Shown here: in pieces, positions 35,901 to 45,136 of the stretch | Layout: each line of letters opens with the position of its first letter | Numbering within the stretch: position 1 is the first letter of the stretch | Source: a virus | Taxonomy: Duplodnaviria; Caudoviricetes | DNA: 55,629 nt | Virus record (IMG/VR): IMGVR_UViG_3300037247_000947 | Coordinates: 1 to 55,629 of that record | Direction: 5' to 3' (one strand) | Notes under the pieces: model-generated | What the model was told of the DNA's origin: nothing | Database searches by the model: none | What the model saw: the letters and a program-made list of their open reading frames with translations, nothing else | Translations under genes and position numbers: made by a program

Positions 35901-35977
35901 TAGGCGGCGGCAGACGCGAAGACGCCATACAGTCGCCAATCTTGATTCAAATTTCGTTGTCTTATTCCACCTGGCAT
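32951..35977 (-). CDS. 1008-aa acidic beta-repeat virion protein (head fibre/spike candidate)
   Basis: Directly after MCP; ~75-aa repeats (DhxLxDDxxLxFGxxxD...WD); very Asp-rich. Confidence 0.65.
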   Translation of the reverse strand: MPGGIRQRNLNQDWRLYGVFASAAAYLTARNKASATEGDGYYNTTLNQLRTYDGSNWSPAGMSGIGSGSLDAAANIGTKITIDSGFSGGIEIEADNAIISTNGQLLLLDNNDTGSDIHCLEMTDAGTAASIQITSAQASDDIQGTSDTWAITSAGVIDGSGLTLKTDNDNISLGTSTDMTISFNDGAPGTAGNGMLIQGTAAVEQVQFGDGTYEVDVMFIGNTATSNFMHFDGDGGADSVGSLIFDNIDLDLGDGDLIRLGDSQDFTLGNTSGSPNILKLLGDDQQFDIGAAGAGMDVYWYTETSGNHVFFDEDNELVDFLDVNIDLDDEALLRFGTSNDFTIQNIAGSPNILRITGDDEQLDFGVSGGGFDMYWYTEDATNYVYWDEDNSRMDMIDVDLRLDDDARLYFGSDADAYFVWDDTNSEVDMVGDLNITGTLTVSGAFDIGNFSFGDDEELRFGNSDDFVFQYDSATSNMAIDAAAANDTVDVGLTVNTDWIYHGGGAGKDAHWDSSENTLGFLDDAVLSFGGTAASPDVEISWDQTRLNITGTGNQIRIGADDEGMDVLFYGESASAQMLWDESADQLVFAGAAQISLNDNVELLFGTGSSNAGDFKMDSDGSNLYIREISATGKNLLLGESGKGLAVRFYGDTAGSDLLWVQASDMLEFQDDAKLAFGTTSDVTIVWDQTNLLIEPASQGVGIIKIGATAGMDFNIYADDAAKFASFDSGAAELLLDGYDIGLQDDDIIQFGDANDITMTWDQTQLMITGATANNPIRIGDPTNLDLIICGGTTTNNVTFDTDDSALVCEFDGFDLHMKDDDVVKFGDASDITMTWDQTQLMITGASVNNTIIFGDPTNVDVIIAGGTTTNTVTFDTDDSALLCKFNGFDLQIEDDDILQFGDAGTTDCYITWDQTQLQIVPSSNVYIGDKTNYVSISSAGVLTQTGTATITCNLNTTSFSGLVLPTHASSSPDGSKTGTTGAIYYEQDASVLWVCESGTTWVSTAALS

Positions 35978-36059
35978 AATTTAACTCCTTTTCAAGTGTG
36001 TATATTGCTGAAGTTAATCTTTACCTTTCTGACAGGCACACACCTGAACGACCTGTACT

Positions 36060-36098
36060 AAAAAATCAGGTGAGGCACTGTAAGTACCCCACCCGATT
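36060..36098 (-). terminator. Intrinsic terminator after major capsid gene
   Basis: ATCGGGTGGGGTAC-TTACA-GTGCCTCACCTGAT followed by T-tract. Confidence 0.7.
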
Positions 36099-36145
36099 GA
36101 TGAAAGGAAAGAGAGTAAAGAAAGGAGAAACTGTTCCTTGTAATG

Positions 36146-37522
36146 TTAGCTTTCCGAGATGTCATACCCCTTTGCCTGGCGGTATGCGTCAAAGCAAACA
36201 AAATTGACATACTGAACGGCAGCAGCAAACTTATTGTCCCCAGTATGGCTCTGTACAAGGACATTGCCACCGTCGCCAAGCACCCACTCGATAGGTGAAT
36301 TCTGGCAAAAGGCAAAGTCAGTGGTATTGATAACAAACAGAGTATTCTGAGGACAGGCACCGAGCGAGGTCAATATCAATTGATACTCACCAAGCTGCAC
36401 CCCAAGTCTCGTATAACCACCGACGAAACTCATCGGCCCGACATTGTTAAACCTTCTGTCGTCTTTCTTCTCAAGGAAGTATTTGTTCTCCGCCTTGGGA
36501 GTTGTCAATAGAAGGTTAGGCTGGGCCTGCCGTGCAAACTGCAAGTCCATCATCAATGCCGTCATGTTTTCTTCGTCAAGCCTTGCACTTGCAAAGTCCT
36601 TCATTAGACTCTGGAGATACCAGAAATTTGTCCTTGTCAATCCCCATATCGAAGTATAGTTACTGGTAGTCTCGGAGTTATTTGAACCATCCGAGACAAG
36701 ATTGGCAAGTCCGTTAATCTCCTGGATATTTGCATACGTCACTGCTGAAGTTCCGGCACTACCATACGCCCCTTCTCGGAAGAAGAAGTCACCGACAGCT
36801 ACGTTGGTACTTCCGGCTTCATTGTAAGTTGCACCGGCAGAGTCATTTATAACCATCACGGAAGTTCCGTTGTCCAAGTCCTGTGAAGTTCTGCTATCGA
36901 CAATAAAGGTCGTCAGTGCTGAACCGGAGTTGTTATGCCCAGTACTGTCAAGACCACTGGAGTCAAATGTTCCGCTCTCCAGCCTTGCCCCGATAGGCAT
37001 GAACATATCGGCAAAGTAGGGTGCCTGTGGGAAGCTGGCATTAGTCACGGTAATACTGGTATTGGGACTAATTGCCGAGACTCTTCCAACATAGCCACTG
37101 GCATCACCCATTAACATTCGGTCAAAGTTACTCTTAAACGCCCTGATGTTGGTCCTGAAACTTTCAGTAACAACATTGACGGCACTCTTCATACCAGAAT
37201 TAGCCGCCTTGATAACCGGTCCTGTCAAAGCAATATACGAGTTTAGATACTTGACATTCTCAGTCATCTGCTTGCCCTTGATAGGCACGTTAGTGACCCA
37301 GTTACCGCCCTCGGCAATCGTACCAACGCCCTCAGCCCTCTGTGTACTCGCCCAATGGACGATGTGGTTTCCACCACCAGGGATAAGGTCGGTACGGGCC
37401 TGGATTAAGTCGGTAAAACTGGGGTCATCATAGGCAACGTGCTGCATCGTAGGCAAGTAGACCTTCTTCAACAGACCATCTAAATTGGTCGAGTTGGTAA
37501 GGTTACTTATAGTTGTAGCCAT
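36146..37522 (-). CDS. Major capsid protein
   Basis: LLKKVYLP N-motif, MGDASG, INGLANLV; order portal-scaffold-MCP with terminator. Confidence 0.8.
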   Translation of the reverse strand: MATTISNLTNSTNLDGLLKKVYLPTMQHVAYDDPSFTDLIQARTDLIPGGGNHIVHWASTQRAEGVGTIAEGGNWVTNVPIKGKQMTENVKYLNSYIALTGPVIKAANSGMKSAVNVVTESFRTNIRAFKSNFDRMLMGDASGYVGRVSAISPNTSITVTNASFPQAPYFADMFMPIGARLESGTFDSSGLDSTGHNNSGSALTTFIVDSRTSQDLDNGTSVMVINDSAGATYNEAGSTNVAVGDFFFREGAYGSAGTSAVTYANIQEINGLANLVSDGSNNSETTSNYTSIWGLTRTNFWYLQSLMKDFASARLDEENMTALMMDLQFARQAQPNLLLTTPKAENKYFLEKKDDRRFNNVGPMSFVGGYTRLGVQLGEYQLILTSLGACPQNTLFVINTTDFAFCQNSPIEWVLGDGGNVLVQSHTGDNKFAAAVQYVNFVCFDAYRQAKGYDISES

Positions 37523-37533
37523 AAGATGTACTC

Positions 37534-38577
37534 CTAAACTTGTGCCTCTGTAGAAGCCATATAAGCATCCACATTGGCATTAAGTCTATTTATATCAAAG
37601 TGTTCCTTGTCGGCAGGAGGGGCCGGAGGAGCACCGCCGCCACCTGGGGTCAAGGGATTAACCACCATCTGATTGGGTGGGGCACTCCCCTTGTTAATCG
37701 CCTCGGTAGCGGCCTGCACACCTGCTTTGTAGATCGACTGAACAAACTGGTCGAACTTAGGCGCTAACTTGGTCGCCTCATGCCTGTATCCTTCCGGCGT
37801 AAAGGCACGATTGCGACCTACTTCTTTGGCAAGGTTCCCAACTGAAATATCAGTAGCACCGATGAAAAAACTTTCACCAATTTCTCTGACATCATCGGGA
37901 ACTTTTACAGTCACGGCAGTACCAAAGACATCCTTGGTTGCTGTCTGGACGTCATTTAGAAGCGTCTTTAGCGCAGTATCCTCCTGCAATTGGTTAATAT
38001 TCTGGTTAGCTTGAACCAATCCTGTTATCACCTCAAGCATTTTTCCCTCTCTCTCACGATATTCCGGCTCTGTCATGCCGGTAGTATTTATCGGTTTGGA
38101 TAGGGTATTTGTAAGATTGATAAGTTTTTGGTCAAGGGAAACTACTGGTGCGGCAGCATCAGGTACCGTCGTTTCTGTCTTTGGCTGAACAGTCTGTCTC
38201 GACCTATTCAAATCCTCAATGGTAATAAGTCCGCTTCGCAGTTGTTCAGCGGTATTACCATCTGGGTCAACACCTAACTTAGTCAACGTTGCTCTAAGGT
38301 CGGCATTGTCCTGACTGAGACGAGTTGCTTTTGCTGCTACTTCGGCATCACTTTCCTTAACTTCCGGTTCCGTTGCCGCTGGCGTCTCCGGTGGCACAAC
38401 AGTCGAGACTCCCGCCTCGCTGGTACTCTCGTTTGTCGGAGGAGGAACAATTGTTTCCACACCCGTATTAAGTGCGGCGTCAATATTCGCTCCAAGGTTT
38501 TCCAGTGTGCTTGTTTGTGAACCATCCGCAATTGGTGCTGGATTGGTTACTGTTGCTACATTGGTTACAGGTTCCAT
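37534..38577 (-). CDS. Capsid scaffolding protein
   Basis: Acidic P/T/E-rich N-terminus, helical core; between portal and MCP. Confidence 0.65.
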   Translation of the reverse strand: MEPVTNVATVTNPAPIADGSQTSTLENLGANIDAALNTGVETIVPPPTNESTSEAGVSTVVPPETPAATEPEVKESDAEVAAKATRLSQDNADLRATLTKLGVDPDGNTAEQLRSGLITIEDLNRSRQTVQPKTETTVPDAAAPVVSLDQKLINLTNTLSKPINTTGMTEPEYREREGKMLEVITGLVQANQNINQLQEDTALKTLLNDVQTATKDVFGTAVTVKVPDDVREIGESFFIGATDISVGNLAKEVGRNRAFTPEGYRHEATKLAPKFDQFVQSIYKAGVQAATEAINKGSAPPNQMVVNPLTPGGGGAPPAPPADKEHFDINRLNANVDAYMASTEAQV

Positions 38578-38597
38578 GTTACTATCCTCTTATAAGG

Positions 38598-40724
38598 TTA
38601 GGAGCCAGTTGCTCTCGACGGAGCAGGCTTGGCATCCTCTTTTTCTTCTGATGATTCCAAATCCTCCCTCTTAATCACTCCCGTAGCAATTGCCTGTCTT
38701 ATTTGCTGCTCGGCAAGTATCGTTGAATGCTGCATCCAGTGCACCTGCATCGCATTGGCAATTACAATCATCCCTGGGTCGCCAGTCCCAAGGTATTCAA
38801 AAAACTTATCTAACAAATCATTCTTATGCTCTATGACATGAACTTCGTGGTTGTCAAAAGGATTGACTGCCGGAAGGTAAATTCCCTTTACAGCTTCCTC
38901 GGCAGGAACTCCTTGTTTAATCATCTGGTGATACTGTTTAACAGGGATTTGGAATTCCTTTTTGGCAAAGTTCACATCCTTGTTATTATCTTTCAGTATC
39001 CTGTCCAGCCCACCAATATCAATCGTCTCAAGAACTCTCTTTCTTACTGTCGGGTCGGATGGGTTCCCCAAGACCCCCTGTTGCAACAGTACCAATGCAA
39101 GGTCTCTTTCCAGTGCCCGACTAATCGGCATTGAAGACCCAGTCCTGATATTGACATTGAACTTTCCATGAAAGGACTCTGGGGAGAATTCAAACATCAC
39201 CCATTCATTGTCCTTACCGATAATATTCAATGTCCTCTCACGGTAGTTGGCAAAAGCAATTGACAGAAGTTGTCTTATCGCTCGTTCATCTTTCCTCTCC
39301 ATCTCTGTGATAATCGGGGAATGTTGTGTCTGACTTGCTTCCTGTAGCAATGCAATCCCAACTCCTGACTTCGGCCCTCCCACCGGTCTCTTGCCTTGAG
39401 CCACCATCGGAAAACTAAATATATCATTTATGTCCGAGACAATCTCCTGCTGATAAACAAAGAGCTGTCCAGATACCGGAACCCCTGCCTCTCGATGCGG
39501 CCTATACGACCCATCATATTCAACGATAAGCCCAGGCCCGTTATCAAGTCGTGATATATTTATCTTTCCTTCCCTCGGAACTGTCCAAAGCCCACTTCCT
39601 AAGGTACAGGTGTTCTCACGAATCAAAGTCCTGATATCATTAAGCTCATCCTGTAGTGGCCTTGCCTGTGATATTCGACTTGCAGTTCCGGCAACTGCCT
39701 TGTCCGGTAACATCATGTCATAAGCAGTAAAGGGAACCTCGCCATGGGGATACTGCTCGATAGGATATGGCACGTTCTGCATTACCACGCCATTTTCAAG
39801 ACCGGCCATTACCCAGTATCCCCCCAGAGGATAATTACTGTCTCTCACCTGCCAAGCTTCATATATCATTATAAGCTTGTCATCGGTACTCATCTCCCCT
39901 GTATCAATCCTAATAGTTGTCCCCGCCAAGCCGGTCGTAAACTGCTCAAATTCGTTAAACAGTTTTATCTCAAACTCACTCTGGCCGGAACTTGGGTCGA
40001 TAAACTCCGATTCAGGTATCAAGTCTGCCTTTTCTTCCCATCTAATCCTTGCCTCCGCCTTTGTCATCGGAGAGGCATGGATTATCCAAGGCAACCTATC
40101 AGTGTTCTGTCGCCAGTCGTAAATCAACTCATTGGTCGGGACAAACTCTGATATTGCCTCCCCCTGATATATCGGTGCCCCTGGCTCCATCTCAGGATTA
40201 TGCCCATCCTGTTCCGGCTCAGGATTATGACCAATCAATTTATAGAATGGGTCCCACCACTGTTTCCTCCAGCCAATAGCAGAGATGTCATACCACAGTA
40301 TTATCTTTCCCCTCTGAGTATCAAAGTCATTCAACCGCCTTAGATATGACAACATCTTCTCGGCAGCAACCGCCGTTGCCTTGTCGTTCTCATCGGTACT
40401 GTCAGGCGTGACGTCAAACTTCGGAGGTACCTTGGTTGCAAGAGCAACGTCGTTTCTCACGGCAGGGGCCAACTTATTCACTGTAGAAGTAAAAGGACTC
40501 AAGTTAGTCCTTCTTACAATATGGCCGCCACGAAGTCCGAGGTGCTGATGTCCACATAGGTATGCAATATTAGCGTTCCACTCGACAATCCTACTCCGTC
40601 TAAAGGGATTAAAAGTCTTGACACGGGACTTTATAATCGTCCTTACTGCCTCATCCTTCGGAGATGTCGTCGGACTTGCCGATGTCTGTAGAACCACTTT
40701 CTTTGGCTTGAACTCTTGAGTCAT
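38598..40724 (-). CDS. Portal protein
   Basis: 708 aa; NIAYLCGHQ, VNKL, PLQDELN, SGVGIALL, DNHEVHVIEH. Confidence 0.85.
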   Translation of the reverse strand: MTQEFKPKKVVLQTSASPTTSPKDEAVRTIIKSRVKTFNPFRRSRIVEWNANIAYLCGHQHLGLRGGHIVRRTNLSPFTSTVNKLAPAVRNDVALATKVPPKFDVTPDSTDENDKATAVAAEKMLSYLRRLNDFDTQRGKIILWYDISAIGWRKQWWDPFYKLIGHNPEPEQDGHNPEMEPGAPIYQGEAISEFVPTNELIYDWRQNTDRLPWIIHASPMTKAEARIRWEEKADLIPESEFIDPSSGQSEFEIKLFNEFEQFTTGLAGTTIRIDTGEMSTDDKLIMIYEAWQVRDSNYPLGGYWVMAGLENGVVMQNVPYPIEQYPHGEVPFTAYDMMLPDKAVAGTASRISQARPLQDELNDIRTLIRENTCTLGSGLWTVPREGKINISRLDNGPGLIVEYDGSYRPHREAGVPVSGQLFVYQQEIVSDINDIFSFPMVAQGKRPVGGPKSGVGIALLQEASQTQHSPIITEMERKDERAIRQLLSIAFANYRERTLNIIGKDNEWVMFEFSPESFHGKFNVNIRTGSSMPISRALERDLALVLLQQGVLGNPSDPTVRKRVLETIDIGGLDRILKDNNKDVNFAKKEFQIPVKQYHQMIKQGVPAEEAVKGIYLPAVNPFDNHEVHVIEHKNDLLDKFFEYLGTGDPGMIVIANAMQVHWMQHSTILAEQQIRQAIATGVIKREDLESSEEKEDAKPAPSRATGS

Positions 40725-40983
40725 AATTATTATCTATATAAGAATGTCTTACAGATTCCACTATCCCTTCCTCTCTATCGACACGATGGGTCGTATTACA
40801 CGAAGCACAGGTTATGACCATCCAAGGAGCATGGAGACTTGTCCTTGCTTTCTTAAAGTGAAGTATCCATCCCTTGTCCATCAAGACCCTGTCACACAAT
40901 CTCGCGTGACATTGCTTACACCGTATCTTTATCCTCTCAGATTGGAATAGTTTTCTGCTCTTCTGTCTTTCCTGGTTCGGCAT
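40651..40983 (-). CDS. Zinc-ribbon (Com-like) protein
   Basis: IRCKQCHARL...ITCASCNT. Confidence 0.5.
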   Translation of the reverse strand: MPNQERQKSRKLFQSERIKIRCKQCHARLCDRVLMDKGWILHFKKARTSLHAPWMVITCASCNTTHRVDREEGIVESVRHSYIDNNYDSRVQAKESGSTDIGKSDDISEG

Positions 40984-41128
40984 TTTTCTTCTCACTCTTT
41001 TTTGGTAAGATTTGCTCTCGTACTCGTATCCCCTCAATCCCACATTCAATTTCAGTCATTCTCTTTCTCAACCTTGGATTGGTCGCCTTCAACGTAAGCC
41101 AACATCTGCGAAAAAATTCATCATTCAT
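40937..41128 (-). CDS. Hypothetical protein
   Basis: ATGA coupling to terminase nuclease gene. Confidence 0.5.
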   Translation of the reverse strand: MNDEFFRRCWLTLKATNPRLRKRMTEIECGIEGIRVREQILPKKSEKKNAEPGKTEEQKTIPI

Positions 41129-41871
41129 ATCGTTACAACCATCCTTTCACCATTTTTAATACGGCCAAAATGTCTTTCAAGAAGATATTGTGCAAAGGCA
41201 GCATCCTCTTCTTTCGGATTGAAAACCTCCTCTTTCTCCACCGCTGCCTGTGGCCTCAGAAGACAGCCATGGAGGGCAAACATTGCAGCCATTACGGTAT
41301 CATCAAAAGCCCCTGACATTGCCCCAGTCTTTCTCTTGTCTTCGATAAAAACATAGTTGCAAAACTCGTTAAGAGTCACCTCATCGTGGAAAATTACCTG
41401 TGGCCCATCAGGATTCTCCATCAAACTCTTGGTCTGGTTTATCAGGAGATGTTTATCAGCTTCGGTAGTACATATCCCATACTTGCTCGACACCGACGGG
41501 TCTTCATCCAATACCTGCTTTCGTCTAAAGATATGTCCGTATCCGTAAACCTCGATAGCATTATCTACATAGGCGTTACCAGGATGGCGGGTTTCAGGAA
41601 CAATAAAAGCATTGTTGTAGTATTTAGCCAAGGCTATCATTACCTTTGACCCCTGGACAGTTGTCACCCTCTTGTTCCGAAGCCAGGCCACCTGCTCAAA
41701 CGGCATCCGGTTCGACCAAATCTGGATAGAAGTATAGTCGGCACCAAATCCCGTTGCAGCATCCAGACCTAATGTATATCTACAATCCTTCTTGGGGTGT
41801 TCGTAGATACTAACAAGGTCGGCACGGCGACTATCTTCCCCCCTTGCAAGATGAAATTTCCACTTCTCCAT
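41125..41871 (-). CDS. terL: Terminase large subunit, nuclease (RNase H-like) half
   Basis: YTLGLDAATG.GADYT, YNNAFIVPE, FDDTVMA. Confidence 0.85.
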   Translation of the reverse strand: MEKWKFHLARGEDSRRADLVSIYEHPKKDCRYTLGLDAATGFGADYTSIQIWSNRMPFEQVAWLRNKRVTTVQGSKVMIALAKYYNNAFIVPETRHPGNAYVDNAIEVYGYGHIFRRKQVLDEDPSVSSKYGICTTEADKHLLINQTKSLMENPDGPQVIFHDEVTLNEFCNYVFIEDKRKTGAMSGAFDDTVMAAMFALHGCLLRPQAAVEKEEVFNPKEEDAAFAQYLLERHFGRIKNGERMVVTI

Positions 41872-41873
41872 CA

Positions 41874-42806
41874 CTACGCTGCATGAGACTCAATAAATCC
41901 TTGCGAAATTGGTATATCATCCTTAAGCCTGTTTATCATTCTTGTCAGGAGCCTGATATTAAAAACAGGACTTCCCCCGAACACAACATACTGTCCTTCA
42001 ATTCTGACAAGTGCCTCCTCTTCACTCAAATCCGCAGCCTGTTTCTCAATCTCTTTTATCGGAAGATATGGATTGTCCCACATTGCTCCGGTAGTAACAA
42101 AAACTCCCTCCTGCTCGGACAAGGCTTTGAGCCACGCTGTTCCAAGAACCGGAGTGGCTGTCATCCACCAGATACCCATCTTGTCAATCAAGGCCCTCAT
42201 ACACTCTGTCCAGATGTCACTCTTCAGAGGTTCCTCATCGAACCAAATCCAGTCTACCGAGTCTCCCTGGAACTTGGCCCGACCGGAGTCAGTAGACTTG
42301 AACTGTACTTTACATTCCCTTCCATCTCCTCTTATATGCCAAATCTTGTCAGCTTTGTTGAAGTCGGAATCAATGGTAAAGTTACGAGGAAGAAATTTGT
42401 CAAACTTCGGCAGGTTAACATCTCTAACCATATTGTAGTCAAGACCGACAACCCAACCGCTACTATTCTTGGGAAACTTTCGGCAAGGATGTCTACCGGT
42501 TACTGCAAGAACACATTCGTAAGCTCCTTGGTCTGACTTACCAATTCTATTCCCACCGAGTGCCAACCTTCCCTTATAATCCCCTGCTGCCATGAGGAAT
42601 TTCCACTGCCAGCTTGGTTTCTTATCTCTCCGATTATAGTAAGGCTCATACCGATAGAACAATTCCCGCGACCGTTCAAGCGTCTGTTGCGCTAACTGCC
42701 TGTTCTCCGGTACTGCAAGCCATTGCGGATTCCTGCTGAGGAACTGTATTCGTTTTAACAACTTCCGCATTTGGACTACCGGTAAGTTGATTTTTGAGAC
42801 GTCCAT
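41874..42806 (-). CDS. terL: Terminase large subunit, ATPase half
   Basis: GGNRIGKS Walker A, WIWFDEEP Walker B, MTATP, DNPYL. Confidence 0.9.
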   Translation of the reverse strand: MDVSKINLPVVQMRKLLKRIQFLSRNPQWLAVPENRQLAQQTLERSRELFYRYEPYYNRRDKKPSWQWKFLMAAGDYKGRLALGGNRIGKSDQGAYECVLAVTGRHPCRKFPKNSSGWVVGLDYNMVRDVNLPKFDKFLPRNFTIDSDFNKADKIWHIRGDGRECKVQFKSTDSGRAKFQGDSVDWIWFDEEPLKSDIWTECMRALIDKMGIWWMTATPVLGTAWLKALSEQEGVFVTTGAMWDNPYLPIKEIEKQAADLSEEEALVRIEGQYVVFGGSPVFNIRLLTRMINRLKDDIPISQGFIESHAA

Positions 42807-43266
42807 TTGTTTCTATCTCCTTAAGCGACCCATCAACCGCGTTAATCAATTCATCATCACTCATCGAAGCCATTGAATGTTTCAAGTCAACTTTCTTCGG
42901 TGACTTCACTCCGAAAACCTCCGCGATATGATTGACCGCCAGAAACCTTACAGAATTCTGTGGCTCATCCTTAATTGTTGCCTTGGTCAATGCAATCATA
43001 TCATCGGCAATACTTCCTAACTCGTAATCTCTCTCCTCATACCTCGCAATCTGAAGTGCGTTATACTCAGGTTTCTGTTTAGTCCTTGCAATCGTCTTGC
43101 CGCTAACACCAAGGTCCCTTGCTGTCTCATCGTAAGTCTTTCCAAGACGCCCTTCACATTCTTCAGACATATCAACTTCCTGCGAATAGAATATCGCCAG
43201 CTCCTTCTCTGTCATTGGAGCATCCAAACTTTCAGAATATTGTGACCTGTTCTTTGGCGTATGCAC
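42676..43266 (-). CDS. terS: Terminase small subunit
   Basis: HTH (TARDLGVSGKTI), MSDDEL tail; directly upstream of TerL. Confidence 0.65.
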   Translation of the reverse strand: MHTPKNRSQYSESLDAPMTEKELAIFYSQEVDMSEECEGRLGKTYDETARDLGVSGKTIARTKQKPEYNALQIARYEERDYELGSIADDMIALTKATIKDEPQNSVRFLAVNHIAEVFGVKSPKKVDLKHSMASMSDDELINAVDGSLKEIETNGRLKNQLTGSPNAEVVKTNTVPQQESAMACSTGEQAVSATDA

Positions 43267-43805
43267 TACGGTGTCCCTGTGAAGAATGCCCTGACATCAT
43301 CACTACTGGAAATTGCAGTAAAGAGACAGAGGATAAACTTGTAGTCATAGGTATCAAAATCCAACTTGGCAACACCGTTACTACCACTCGAATCGGTCTC
43401 AATCACACCAGTAACACCGGTAGGATTGGGATAAGCAATAAATCTCTGTGTTATAGACCCAATAGTATCACAGAAGTATCTCGTAGCTGCTGGATTACCA
43501 AGATCGCTTTGCTGTTCCCCTGCTGTTATCGTATCAATACTACAGACAAACTCAGCCGGACCTCCCTGTTTATAAACATAGATAGACACCGCAGCAGTAT
43601 CAGTATCAGCATTTTTATGGTCGAAGCAAATCGAGATATGTTTAATCCCAGCCGGTATCAGTTTTGCCACACCACTTGTAGGCTGACTTGGATGATATGT
43701 CGAAACAAAGGTAGCCCATGTCTTTGTCGATGCAGTAAGGTCACTATCAGCAGTCGAGATGATTCCACGCAAGGGCATCCAAGGTAATTGTAATACTTGT
43801 CCCAT
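43266..43805 (-). CDS. Hypothetical beta-rich (possibly virion) protein
   Basis: AAGGA RBS before MGQVLQ. Confidence 0.55.
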   Translation of the reverse strand: MGQVLQLPWMPLRGIISTADSDLTASTKTWATFVSTYHPSQPTSGVAKLIPAGIKHISICFDHKNADTDTAAVSIYVYKQGGPAEFVCSIDTITAGEQQSDLGNPAATRYFCDTIGSITQRFIAYPNPTGVTGVIETDSSGSNGVAKLDFDTYDYKFILCLFTAISSSDDVRAFFTGTP

Positions 43806-43815
43806 AATATATTCC

Positions 43816-44064
43816 TTATTTGAAAGGTTTGAGAGTTTGAGAGTAAGAGAAGGCGCAATTCCAGCACAACGCCGCAATTTGGGATTTGGTCATAGTGATG
43901 TCAAAAGCATTCCTCCCGACAACTGAAAGTGGATTGCCGTCAGGAGCAATACCAAAATCCTTTCCATAACTCCCCCTCCTTGCTCCACATCTACCACAGT
44001 GGAGACCATCTTTACTATCTGCCACCTGTGCTGGCATTCCCCAGGTTATAGTTCCTCTTGGCAC
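43816..44064 (-). CDS. Zinc-finger hypothetical protein
   Basis: CGRC...CWNC. Confidence 0.55.
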   Translation of the reverse strand: MPRGTITWGMPAQVADSKDGLHCGRCGARRGSYGKDFGIAPDGNPLSVVGRNAFDITMTKSQIAALCWNCAFSYSQTLKPFK

Positions 44065-44165
44065 CTTGTTTACTCTCTTTCTAATATTTTCTTATATTAG
44101 ATATTTACATAACATCTATACTACATTCCTTCTACTATTATTCCTTATATGACCATCAATCTTTG

Positions 44166-44420
44166 TTAAAAACGCATTTGCGGTTCTGAATGTATGTTTT
44201 CGTTAAAGGGAACTACTCTGCTGCGAGGTTCAAACTTTGGAGCGAGAGATGGCCAAACTTCTCTAAATCCTCGGAGATGTCGCATTACGCTTCGCTTGTC
44301 AATCTTCATCCTTTTGGCAACATCACGTAGAGATAGCTCTTTGATATAGCGATAATACCAGGCTAAGAACTGTTTTTGGGTTGGACACTCGATAAATTGA
44401 CGACAGTGTGGACACTTCAT
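44166..44420 (-). CDS. Sigma-70 region-4-like HTH regulator (late activator candidate)
   Basis: TQKQ...LSLRDVAKRMKIDKRSVMRHL; first gene of late block. Confidence 0.6.
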   Translation of the reverse strand: MKCPHCRQFIECPTQKQFLAWYYRYIKELSLRDVAKRMKIDKRSVMRHLRGFREVWPSLAPKFEPRSRVVPFNENIHSEPQMRF

Positions 44421-44471
44421 ATAATATACCTTAAAAATAGTTAAACAACAAACAGATTTTAATTTGAGGTT

Positions 44472-44500
44472 AAGTTACTACCTAACTTTTTGAATGTCAA
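44472..44500 (-). promoter_or_regulatory. Leftward sigma70-type promoter
   Basis: TTGACA-17 nt-TAACTT. Confidence 0.55.
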
Positions 44501-44530
44501 GATAATTTTTAATTATTTTGGATTTTATGT

Positions 44531-44558
44531 TTGACTTTCTTCTTATCCTTGTTACATT
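44531..44558 (+). promoter_or_regulatory. Rightward sigma70-type promoter
   Basis: TTGACT-16 nt-TACATT with TG extension. Confidence 0.6.
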
Positions 44559-44566
44559 GGTTCGCT

Positions 44567-45136
44567 ATGAGTAATATAATAAAATGGATACTGGTTATCG
44601 CAGGGCTTCTCTTCTTCATCCTTCTCTTCCTCAATGGTTGTCATCTGTTCTCACAGGGAAAGCTGGAACCACTAGAAGAGAGATTGCCAAAACTCGAAAT
44701 TAAAGAAGTCATCATTGAGAAAATCAAGACCGAGTATATGTATAAGAACCTCGGCCTTATCCAAGGAATGTTGATTATCGGAGCTACCGGTGGTCTGATA
44801 GTCTGTTTTCTCAAACTCCCTGCTATAGGTATCCCAATCTTCCTTGGTTGTACTGGCGGCCTCGGACTTGTCGCTGCAAGACTCTATTATGGAGCACTAA
44901 TGGGAATCGTTGCCTTAGTTGCTGCCGTCCTTGCCGTAGTCTATGCTATTTGGATCAATCGAAAGGCTTTTACTCAAGTCATTGCTGGTGGTGAGCATTT
45001 CAAAGAAGCAAATCCTGAAAGCAAGGTTGCTTTTGTAAATTGTCAAAGCGTTGAACAAATAGATAAATCAACAAGAAAGTTAGTTGCAAAGACACGAAAA
45101 AAGTTAAATGGAAAGGAAACAAATGAACGCACTTGA
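44567..45136 (+). CDS. Lipoprotein-signal multi-pass membrane protein
   Basis: Lipobox LNGC followed by about three TM segments. Confidence 0.65.
   Translation: MSNIIKWILVIAGLLFFILLFLNGCHLFSQGKLEPLEERLPKLEIKEVIIEKIKTEYMYKNLGLIQGMLIIGATGGLIVCFLKLPAIGIPIFLGCTGGLGLVAARLYYGALMGIVALVAAVLAVVYAIWINRKAFTQVIAGGEHFKEANPESKVAFVNCQSVEQIDKSTRKLVAKTRKKLNGKETNERT

Noticed and set aside
15172-43787. Many + strand ORFs over the late block (e.g. 27413-28075, 41844-42536, 43119-43787)
   Set aside because: Antisense shadows of well-supported minus-strand genes, with no motifs.
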